From the sequence record PP496440.1: 64,000 bases of DNA, one strand, 5' to 3'. The translations under genes were made by a program, and so were the position numbers. The notes beneath the pieces are model-generated. The model was not told where the DNA came from and did no database searches. It saw nothing but the letters and a program-made list of their open reading frames with translations. This document shows, piece after piece, positions 35,495 to 43,788 of this stretch (positions are counted from its first letter, which is position 1; every line of letters begins with the position of its first letter).

Positions 35495-36511
35495 ATGGCC
35501 CTTTCAATCTGGCCGCTGACCGAAGGTGAACTCGGTCAGGGCCTCGTCAACGAACTGAATCGTACCAGCAAGGCGCTGGTGAACCGGAGTATGTGGTCTT
35601 TGCCATTGCTCCGGCGTTTGTTTTATCGGCGCACCGAGATTGGTGTCCCGGAGCTACTCCACGTCTGTACCAGCATTCATCGGGGCAAGACTTACTTCTG
35701 CCTGTTGGTGAACTTCCGAGATGTGGTGATGGGCAACCCCGAGCAATACGGATGGGACCTAGCTGGCCGGTGGTTGTTCTACGATGTGGATCTGCTGGAT
35801 ACCCCGGAGTTTAAACAGGTAAACGCGGCTATTCGTAAGGTGGCTACGGTCAACACGGTTACCTACGGTCAAGCATTCGTTCCGGATGAAGGTGGTATGG
35901 GGGAGGAGCACTGGATCAAGAAACTGAAAGGTAACTACCGCCCCCACATCTTCGGCGAAAAGTCAAAACAGGTTATCGTCAGTCAGACCTGCGGACACGC
36001 GGCTACTCACGTTCTGACCGAGGCAGTGATGTCATTCGGTATCCAGCGCGCTGAGAGATTTCTCGCGGAAGGTCAGTCGGATGTCATGCCGGAGTTGTAT
36101 GACCTACCCATGCAGCTAGCCGGTCTAGGCTCGATCCCTGGAACCCGGATTGGCACCGTGTCGCTCACCTGCCGGGATACCCGTGCGCTGATCGGTACCC
36201 TGTCGTTCTACGTTGTGGCAGGCTTGGGTCACAGTGATATCTTGTATATGCACGAGATGCTGATTGATCCGGATCCGAAGTGGAAGCCTCTATCGGTGGC
36301 CGTCAACTTGCACATTCAGGCAATCATGTATGTGCGCTATCTAAACAGCCGATCTGATCGGGCTTCGGACTTGGTTATCAACCTCGGATTCAACTTGGAC
36401 GAGAAGTACAACACATACAAAGAGGTGTTCCGTCCGAACAAGTCCGAAATGGAAATCTATACCGGCATGCACACCGAGCCCGGCGTCCCACTGTCCTGTT
36501 TCAAGGGGTAA
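35495..36511 (+). CDS. FemABX/ATE-like GNAT-fold transferase A
   Basis: C-terminal DPDPKWKPLSVAVNLHIQAI...INLGFN...YKEVFRP matches the ATE1/Bpt pattern (DP...SLG...I...YLG...YK..YRP). Confidence 0.55.
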   Translation: MALSIWPLTEGELGQGLVNELNRTSKALVNRSMWSLPLLRRLFYRRTEIGVPELLHVCTSIHRGKTYFCLLVNFRDVVMGNPEQYGWDLAGRWLFYDVDLLDTPEFKQVNAAIRKVATVNTVTYGQAFVPDEGGMGEEHWIKKLKGNYRPHIFGEKSKQVIVSQTCGHAATHVLTEAVMSFGIQRAERFLAEGQSDVMPELYDLPMQLAGLGSIPGTRIGTVSLTCRDTRALIGTLSFYVVAGLGHSDILYMHEMLIDPDPKWKPLSVAVNLHIQAIMYVRYLNSRSDRASDLVINLGFNLDEKYNTYKEVFRPNKSEMEIYTGMHTEPGVPLSCFKG

Positions 36512-36514
36512 GAC

Positions 36515-37516
36515 ATGTACACTCCGTATTCCCAAAACAGTCTGATGCAATCGATCCCGTTGGATGACCAAGGTACATTCGCCCATCCGCCGTATACGAT
36601 GGAAGGAGAGTTAACCGACGTGTGGACGAATCCAAACCTATATGGGTTCGTCAGCCTGTTGAACGGCCAGAGCAATAGCCGGGCCTATCGAGACTGGATG
36701 ACCACCCACAATCTTCCAGCCCTGTTCCTCGGTCCGCACCATGAAGACAACTTCTGGTTTGAATTCAGCACTGGTCTTGTCCCCAACTGCACGCTGGACT
36801 ACAACGAGATCAACGTCCAAGGCAACCTGCAGGACTTCCTTGGGAGATTGACGTCATCTCGCCGTCGCTCCGTGCTCAAGGCAAAAGAAACGGATACGAC
36901 GATCCACAAGGCAGGCTCGGTAGCCAACTTCAACCTGTATCATCCGGTAGAGGGTAGGCTGTATAGTCTGACCGTGATTCACGAACGCCGGGTGATGAAA
37001 GACATTTCAGAGTTTATCGAATCTAAACTCTGGAGTATGAAGCATACGCCTACTGACCTCACGTACGGTGCATTCACCACCCTGATGGATTACATCCGGT
37101 TGAAGCAGCGAGATGACACGCCGCTGGGCCACCGGTTGCGCAACGTACAGCTCTTGGTTATCCGAGATGAACGCTCCGGGTTTATCGTGTCGGTACACCT
37201 GGTGGCGATCAACACGTTGAAAGATGATTCCATGAACCCCACCAAGACGTACATGCACTCCTTTGCGCGCATCACTGTTCTCCCTGCACGTATCGCCTTA
37301 CTTGCGTTGATCAAGTCGGTTCAAGAGTTAAACGTCACCAGTCAGTATGCGTCCCGTGCACTGGCGAAGATTGACTATCTTGACGTGAGCAACGTGGTGC
37401 TGTCCGAGCGAGAGCAGTACAAGTCGGACTTCTTCACCGGCAAATGCCAAGTGCGTGCGTGGGCATCCCCGGCGCTGCTGGAACGACAGTTACCTTTCGT
37501 TACGCCGATCCCGTAA
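36515..37516 (+). CDS. FemABX/ATE-like GNAT-fold transferase B
   Basis: LQDFLGRLTSSRRRSVLKA (Acetyltransf_6-type helix) and YLD...QYKSDFF. Confidence 0.5.
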   Translation: MYTPYSQNSLMQSIPLDDQGTFAHPPYTMEGELTDVWTNPNLYGFVSLLNGQSNSRAYRDWMTTHNLPALFLGPHHEDNFWFEFSTGLVPNCTLDYNEINVQGNLQDFLGRLTSSRRRSVLKAKETDTTIHKAGSVANFNLYHPVEGRLYSLTVIHERRVMKDISEFIESKLWSMKHTPTDLTYGAFTTLMDYIRLKQRDDTPLGHRLRNVQLLVIRDERSGFIVSVHLVAINTLKDDSMNPTKTYMHSFARITVLPARIALLALIKSVQELNVTSQYASRALAKIDYLDVSNVVLSEREQYKSDFFTGKCQVRAWASPALLERQLPFVTPIP

Positions 37517-37570
37517 CTCTGTAAATGATGGGAACAGCCCCACCATCACTTCATCTCTAGGGTAGTTCCC

Positions 37571-38623
37571 ATGCAAGACTTCGATAAGATAATGATCGAT
37601 AGTAGTTTGACATCCAATCTGGTGTACGCAGGGTTGGGTAACTTGATCACGCCCCGCGCACTTGACCTGCTGATCGAACATCAGGCTGCACTGGAAAACG
37701 TATACGCCAATCTGGAAACGGCCTATCAGATTACCCCACCCTTCCCTTGTGAAGCTGCATTCAATTCCCCTGACAAAGATCCTGTGCTGGTCGCCGACTA
37801 TCTGAATGCTACTCCCGCCATCCGTTGCGGAGAGCTGGCTGGATTCGAGGCAAAGCCCGGCAGTTACTACCACGCCCCCGCTGCTGGCATTTGCCCGGAA
37901 CATCGCATCGATGTACGAGGTATGTCTTTGCGTGAGTTCGACCACTATCTGGTTGAGCGTAAGGAGGTGTCACGGATCACTACCAATCTGGTGGCCGACA
38001 AGTTCCGCTGTGAGACGCATGTGTACAAAGTGGATGAAGATCATATCCTGATCCATGACGCCGAACGAGTTGGGATCAGCCAGACGGACTTCCGCCGCAT
38101 GTGGGCGCAGACCCGCCGCCGGGAAATCGCTGAAAACTATCTGCAGTACATGCCCATCGAAGATTCCGCCAAGGATGATCAGGTGGTGCGACTGATCAAC
38201 GAAGACGTAGCACGGGTGTTCGCCCAGAACGTCGACTACGACCGCATGATTCCGCCCGAGCTGATCTTCGATGGTCAGGGCAAGCCGGTGCTGACCGTGC
38301 TGAAAGATTGCAACGCCAAGGTATTGGGCATTGGTGTGTACGTCATCTACAAGTCAGCTGACCCAGAGCATGACAGCGAACTGCACTGGCGTGGCGCTTT
38401 CTACGATCACGAAGATCCTCGCGTAGCATCCATGGGCATTGAACACGCTCTGGTTGCCAGCGCACTGCACACAGCGTACGCCTGCAACGCGGTCCTCTAT
38501 CTGACCAAGGCACCTAAGTCCGTGTGCGACGCATGGAAGACGGAAGTGCACCAAGGTTACGGTCTGGTCCGTAATGCGATGCCGGAACTGTCTGACACCC
38601 CTTACATTCTGGCTATCCAGTAA
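37571..38623 (+). CDS. FemABX/ATE-like GNAT-fold transferase C
   Basis: VLGIGVYVIY...AFYDHEDPRVASMGIEHALV...LYLT...CDAWKT, ATE-C-like spacing. Confidence 0.45.
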   Translation: MQDFDKIMIDSSLTSNLVYAGLGNLITPRALDLLIEHQAALENVYANLETAYQITPPFPCEAAFNSPDKDPVLVADYLNATPAIRCGELAGFEAKPGSYYHAPAAGICPEHRIDVRGMSLREFDHYLVERKEVSRITTNLVADKFRCETHVYKVDEDHILIHDAERVGISQTDFRRMWAQTRRREIAENYLQYMPIEDSAKDDQVVRLINEDVARVFAQNVDYDRMIPPELIFDGQGKPVLTVLKDCNAKVLGIGVYVIYKSADPEHDSELHWRGAFYDHEDPRVASMGIEHALVASALHTAYACNAVLYLTKAPKSVCDAWKTEVHQGYGLVRNAMPELSDTPYILAIQ

Positions 38624-38656
38624 ATAGCCGGTAACTCCATCCATTGAGGTACTTCC

Positions 38657-40741
38657 ATGAAATCCGTGAACCCCATCTTCAAGCACGTTCCCCAGTTCGA
38701 CTGGCCTGTCATCCCGCGTGCACAGTGGGAAGAGATCATCAAAGGCAAAGAGCATGTGATGTTCGACTCCTTCTCGCAGCTCGCTCAGGTGCTGGCTATC
38801 CCGGTGAGCAGTTACCAGTTCTACTTCGAAGATGGGTCCACGTTGTTCGCCGGTCCCGAAGCAACCTTCACCGCCGCGCCGTACCCGCTGTATCAGGACC
38901 TTGAATTCGTCCTGACCCCTGACGAGACGTTGGTGCCGGGTCTTGCACTGGATACCAAACCGTGGGGCCTGTACACCGACGAATGGGTGGACAACTACGA
39001 AGGTGCGGACAAGGAAGACATCGGCAACAAGACCGGGTTCGAATTCATTCCGCTGTCGGACGCCTTGAAACTGGTGGTCCTCAACACGGAGACCATGCAG
39101 CTCCAGTACACTGCAATCGAGAGCTTCACGTACGACGGCGTGACTTACGTATACCTGCTGGCTGATGGCGTGTGCTGGGTACTGGCGGGCAAGTCAGGTG
39201 GTCTGGTTGCCAGCGAGCATGACAAAGGTGCGGCGTTCATCATGGTGTCCCATCCCGAGTTCGCCGGGTGCAGCGTAGACAACATGTATCCAAGTGAGTT
39301 CGGTGAAGCGGAAGCGACGTTCTACGTTCAAGACGAGGAACACAACTACCTGGACGCGGCTAACCGCATCTTCGAAGAAGCCAAGGACGTAGGCGCGGGC
39401 ACATTCCTGACCATTGAGACCGGGGATGGACTGCCGACCGCGCTGGCGTACAACCTGCGGTACAGTGATGTGGCCCACGTTAACCTGCCGATGCACAACA
39501 TCCACCAGTTCACTTCTCTGCACGTACGACTGGGTGAGACTCCTAACTTTTCCGAGGCCCCGGAAGCGTGCCGCATGAAAGAGGTTATGGAGTATCTGGC
39601 GGACCCTGAGTCCCCGGTAGATCATTACTGGTCGGCCATCATGGTACTGGAGAAGAACTTCCCCGGTTTCGCCGACGCCCTGAAAGACTCCAGTGTCCCG
39701 ACCCGTGACATCGTGCACTCCAAACAGGCGTTCAGCTTGGAGATCGATCGCCAGTTCGGCAAGGAAGTGGCAAGCAAGATCGGGCTGAACACTGGCGTAT
39801 TCGCTCAAGTGAAAGACCGTGATGAATGGCTGGTACGCAAACACGAGTTCCCTACCGATAAGGTGGCCGTCAAGTACAACACCAAACACTTCATCGGAAT
39901 CTTCGATAAGGACGAGGTATCGAATTCCATCAACATGTGGCTGGCCGGTCAACCCGGAGAGTCGCTGATGATCGAAGAGTACTTCGGTGAGGGCAATCAG
40001 GAATTCAACCTGTGCTATGTGATCAACGAAGAGTTCGTGCAGCCGACGCTGTTCCTGTGCGAAGTCAACAAGATCCTAGGTAATGACACCGGCGGCAAAG
40101 GTGGCAACACGCTGGCCTGCCATGATGCTCGTATTAACAAGTACCCTGAGTTCTTCGAGCCGGTCAATGCTGCGCTTGCTAACCTGCATGAGCACGTGGA
40201 AGGTGTGAAGGGCTGGGTTGACCTGAGCTTCATGGTCCGCGACGGAATCCCTTACTTCACAGAGTGGTGCATTCGAATTGGCTGCTCCAACAACGCCACC
40301 ATCGTGCGCCAGATGGAGACCCCGCTCGACGTTCTGCTGACCAACGTGGTTAACAAGGTGCATACCGAGCTGTCTTGGAAGCACTCCATGTCTGTCAGCG
40401 TGGACATCTACAGCATGCCGCTGTCCGCAGGCAATGATGCCAACATGCAGTTCACCGAGTCGCTGACCACGCCGGTCGAGATGGTGTCCCCGCTCAATCT
40501 GGAACTGGCGGCGGAGAGTTTCTTCGACCCGATTGATTCGGCCTGGAACGCGGTGTACGACGGCTACATTGTCGAGGCGTACAACCGATATGGCACCGTC
40601 TCGGGGTATTCCACCAACTGGAACTTCGCCTGCAATGCGGCGTACAATCACTTGAAAGATCAGTCGGTGTTGTACGGGGCATACCGCGAAGCGCCTGCCC
40701 ACCACGACCCACTGACTCTGTTCCCTTTCCTCAAGGCGTAA
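38657..40741 (+). CDS. two-domain protein with C-terminal PurD (GARS)-like ATP-grasp ligase
   Basis: LEIDRQFGKEVASKIGLNT, VAVK, LMIEEYFGEGNQEF, NKILGNDTGGKGG, MVRDGIPYFTEWCIRIG parallel PurD motifs; N-terminal ~290 aa unrecognised. Confidence 0.7.
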   Translation: MKSVNPIFKHVPQFDWPVIPRAQWEEIIKGKEHVMFDSFSQLAQVLAIPVSSYQFYFEDGSTLFAGPEATFTAAPYPLYQDLEFVLTPDETLVPGLALDTKPWGLYTDEWVDNYEGADKEDIGNKTGFEFIPLSDALKLVVLNTETMQLQYTAIESFTYDGVTYVYLLADGVCWVLAGKSGGLVASEHDKGAAFIMVSHPEFAGCSVDNMYPSEFGEAEATFYVQDEEHNYLDAANRIFEEAKDVGAGTFLTIETGDGLPTALAYNLRYSDVAHVNLPMHNIHQFTSLHVRLGETPNFSEAPEACRMKEVMEYLADPESPVDHYWSAIMVLEKNFPGFADALKDSSVPTRDIVHSKQAFSLEIDRQFGKEVASKIGLNTGVFAQVKDRDEWLVRKHEFPTDKVAVKYNTKHFIGIFDKDEVSNSINMWLAGQPGESLMIEEYFGEGNQEFNLCYVINEEFVQPTLFLCEVNKILGNDTGGKGGNTLACHDARINKYPEFFEPVNAALANLHEHVEGVKGWVDLSFMVRDGIPYFTEWCIRIGCSNNATIVRQMETPLDVLLTNVVNKVHTELSWKHSMSVSVDIYSMPLSAGNDANMQFTESLTTPVEMVSPLNLELAAESFFDPIDSAWNAVYDGYIVEAYNRYGTVSGYSTNWNFACNAAYNHLKDQSVLYGAYREAPAHHDPLTLFPFLKA

Positions 40742-40744
40742 TCC

Positions 40745-41908
40745 ATGAGCACTCCATTCCAAGAGTTCACCCTAGAAGGGTGGATTCGCTACATGAGAGA
40801 TGAAAGCATCATCTGGCGCGCGTACGCTGATGGTCATCCGGATAAGGTCGAGTTCAGCCCGGAGTGGCGTGACGAGATGTATCGGTTGATGGTGCAGTTC
40901 AAAGATCTGCTGCCGATGTCGTTTTCCAATCCGGTGTACGGCTTCACTGAAGGTTGGCTGGAAGGGCTCGGACTCCAGCCCTTTTATGGCGATGATCCGT
41001 TCAATCCGATGGTGCAACCGCTTAGCCACCCTCTGGTGCATGTGGGGCTTCCGTTTACTCTGAGCGAGCTGACGGCGGGCGTATGGGACTGTCAGTCCCT
41101 GAGCGCTCACCTGGAGCGTCCGCTGCTGGTCGATACATTCGAACCGATCCCAGTGCCATCTATTAGCCTGGACGCTTACAAAGCCGTCCTGACCGTACGG
41201 GACCGGGAAGAGATCGTGATGAGTGCGGGAACCCCGGTGAACTACTTCCTCTGGTTGAATAGTCCGATCACCGAACTCAAAGACGACTTCGACGTTTATC
41301 TGGCCAGCCTGACCAAGAAGCGCCGCTACAAAGTGAAGCAGGCACTGGCGACAGTGGGCACCGAAGAGAACCCGGCTATCAGCGTCAGTACTGGATCTCG
41401 TTTCGGCGAAGGGTTGTTGTCCGATCAGGTGAACAGCATCCTCGCGACTTTCGAAGATCCGGTGGACATCGAGTGCATGCTTCTTCAGCTGCTGTTCGGG
41501 GTGGCAACCTGCAATACCCATCCGCATCTTGTCGATCTGGTTTGTGCAGACCATCAGTTGGGGATCTTCATCAGGCGCAACGGCCACACGATGAATTTCC
41601 TCTACAACCGTGACCCGGACAACCGCGCTGACTCAGGCATCAACCTGCTGACCCAGTACGTGCGCCATCTGCACATGAACCGCCCGGAAGGTGTGATGTA
41701 CGTGGACCCGACATGTCGATATCGGCCTGACGAGGACAGTATGAACACCTACAAGCGGGTGATCACCAACGAGAACCGGTATCACCCAATGCCGTTCGTC
41801 TCGGCTGACCCTGCGCATATCGAAGGTGTGATTACCCCGGCGTTCATTGCAGGTCATTGGCAGATGTCGGCGTCCAATGGCCCGGCCAATCCTGAGATGA
41901 TGGAGTAA
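40745..41908 (+). CDS. FemABX/ATE-like GNAT-fold transferase D
   Basis: FDVYLASLTKKRRYKVKQAL, DSGINLLTQYV...YVDP...TYKR. Confidence 0.55.
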   Translation: MSTPFQEFTLEGWIRYMRDESIIWRAYADGHPDKVEFSPEWRDEMYRLMVQFKDLLPMSFSNPVYGFTEGWLEGLGLQPFYGDDPFNPMVQPLSHPLVHVGLPFTLSELTAGVWDCQSLSAHLERPLLVDTFEPIPVPSISLDAYKAVLTVRDREEIVMSAGTPVNYFLWLNSPITELKDDFDVYLASLTKKRRYKVKQALATVGTEENPAISVSTGSRFGEGLLSDQVNSILATFEDPVDIECMLLQLLFGVATCNTHPHLVDLVCADHQLGIFIRRNGHTMNFLYNRDPDNRADSGINLLTQYVRHLHMNRPEGVMYVDPTCRYRPDEDSMNTYKRVITNENRYHPMPFVSADPAHIEGVITPAFIAGHWQMSASNGPANPEMME

Positions 41909-41910
41909 CC

Positions 41911-42858
41911 ATGGCAAAGCACAAGGTCAAAAGGTTGGAAATCAACCACATCTACGACTTCTACCCGTTGTATCAGGTGATGTACGGGCGTGGCATGGAG
42001 ACCAAAGCGTTCGAGGTCTCCAAGTTCGCCAAGATGGTGCTGGACTTCGAAGCATCAACCAGTACTCGCCGGAAGTGGGACGTGCTGGAACCTTTCAGCG
42101 GTATCAGCGAGCATGAACACTTCTTCGCTGCTACTGGCCTGAACATCGAGCACTACACCGGCATGGACATCGTGGTTCCAGATGGGGCCAAAAACGTCAT
42201 TCAAGGTGACATCATCACCGACACCCTTCCGTTTCACGTCAACGCGGTGTTCGCCTTCTACTACAGCTTGCAGAATGTACGGGACGCCAAGACTGGCATG
42301 CACACGCGGGAAAAGCTGGTGGAGTTCTTCGACAACATCCTCGGCCATCTGCAAGTCAATGCGAACAAGAGCCGTATGCCCGCAGTGTTCGCTTTCCACC
42401 TTGACCAGCCTGAAGACCCTAATTACTATCTGACGTCCCGTGCCGACGTTGGAGGTGAACAGTCATGGACCGCACCCGCGTGTGGTCTGCTGGGGCAGTG
42501 GGTCAAGTGCAAGCCTACTGATACTCTGGAAGTGAAGTGCAATCTGGACACCTGGTACAACCGTGTGCAGTGCACCGCGTACGATCAGGCGGAGGATATC
42601 CAGATTCTGGTAAATGGGCGAGTAGTGGCTACCGTTGAGATCGAACAGCCGTTCACCCATCGGGTCTGGACCGAGCATGAGGTGATCGATATCCTGCGGG
42701 GTCTGGACTACAATCTGCACTTCCACATGTACAACGGCACCATCTCCAATTACGACTTCTTGATGACCCGTTTGGAAGACAAGCCCGTTCCCGGCGATGA
42801 AGAGGCTAATACTAATCAGATGACAACTGATATGCTGGTTGTCGTTAATCCGAGGTAA
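41911..42858 (+). CDS. class I SAM-dependent methyltransferase-like protein 1
   Basis: DVLEPFSG (motif I variant), TGMDI, VIQGDI, NAVFAFYYSL. Confidence 0.6.
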   Translation: MAKHKVKRLEINHIYDFYPLYQVMYGRGMETKAFEVSKFAKMVLDFEASTSTRRKWDVLEPFSGISEHEHFFAATGLNIEHYTGMDIVVPDGAKNVIQGDIITDTLPFHVNAVFAFYYSLQNVRDAKTGMHTREKLVEFFDNILGHLQVNANKSRMPAVFAFHLDQPEDPNYYLTSRADVGGEQSWTAPACGLLGQWVKCKPTDTLEVKCNLDTWYNRVQCTAYDQAEDIQILVNGRVVATVEIEQPFTHRVWTEHEVIDILRGLDYNLHFHMYNGTISNYDFLMTRLEDKPVPGDEEANTNQMTTDMLVVVNPR

Positions 42859-42860
42859 GA

Positions 42861-43778
42861 ATGGCTAAGCCCAAGATCCCTACACGAACCATCCCCACGT
42901 TGTACCAAGACTGGGGATTGTACAGCGCCATCTGCGAACTGCCGCAGGAGACGATGCTGATGATGTCGCGCTTCGTGGCAGACCGGACTATAGAGCATGC
43001 TAATAGGCATGACATAGATCGTGTGTCGATCATGGAACCTTTCAGTGGTCCTATCCCGTATTACGAACCTGATATCGACAGTTTCCTTACTAGAGCTGGC
43101 ATAGGTTTAGACACGTATGATCATGTGGAATACCTAGATCACGGTGAGCTGACCAAAAAGAACAATATCATCATCGGGGACATCACCACCATAGATCTTA
43201 AGCAAAAGTACGATGTCATCTACGGTAGTTACGGTAGCTTGGCCTGCCTGTTGCTGGATCAGACGCATAACAAAGCGTACGAGAAATCTCACGCGGCGTT
43301 GGTCAACATTCGCGAGCACCTGAAACCCGGCGGCATCTTCGTGCTAAACGCCAATGGGTCAAGCGAGAGTCTGCTGAATAACCTGTTGAACTCTGATGAG
43401 CCGGATCAAGAGATTCGCGTCCGTCCGGGATCGCAGTTAGGTAAGGCGTTCCGAATCAAACCAGACAGTAACGCGCTGCTTCGCTTCACCTATCATGTGG
43501 AGTACGACCGGCGCACCACCTGCACCATGTGCCACTACAGCGATATGGTGCTGTCTGTAAATGGAGTTGACATCCAGCGCTGGGAGGTGGAATCCCCGAC
43601 GTATCTTGCGCCGCTGGATGAACCCGAACTAATTCGAATGGCAGGTATGGCTGGTTTCAATCTGGACAACACTGAGTTCTACGGATTGGACACCACCGGT
43701 TATCCTGCCTTCTTCAAAATGGATACGGTCTGCGACGGGTCATGGTCACCCGCCGAGTTCGTAGTCTTTCGCACCTAA
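42861..43778 (+). CDS. class I SAM-dependent methyltransferase 2 (N-methyltransferase-like)
   Basis: IMEPFSG, IIGDITTIDLKQKYDVI, GSL, REHLKPGGIFVLN. Confidence 0.8.
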   Translation: MAKPKIPTRTIPTLYQDWGLYSAICELPQETMLMMSRFVADRTIEHANRHDIDRVSIMEPFSGPIPYYEPDIDSFLTRAGIGLDTYDHVEYLDHGELTKKNNIIIGDITTIDLKQKYDVIYGSYGSLACLLLDQTHNKAYEKSHAALVNIREHLKPGGIFVLNANGSSESLLNNLLNSDEPDQEIRVRPGSQLGKAFRIKPDSNALLRFTYHVEYDRRTTCTMCHYSDMVLSVNGVDIQRWEVESPTYLAPLDEPELIRMAGMAGFNLDNTEFYGLDTTGYPAFFKMDTVCDGSWSPAEFVVFRT

Positions 43779-43788
43779 CGAGGTTCCT

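Noticed and set aside
41911-43778. DNA adenine/cytosine methyltransferases
   Set aside because: No DPPY/NPPY/SPPY or PC catalytic motifs.
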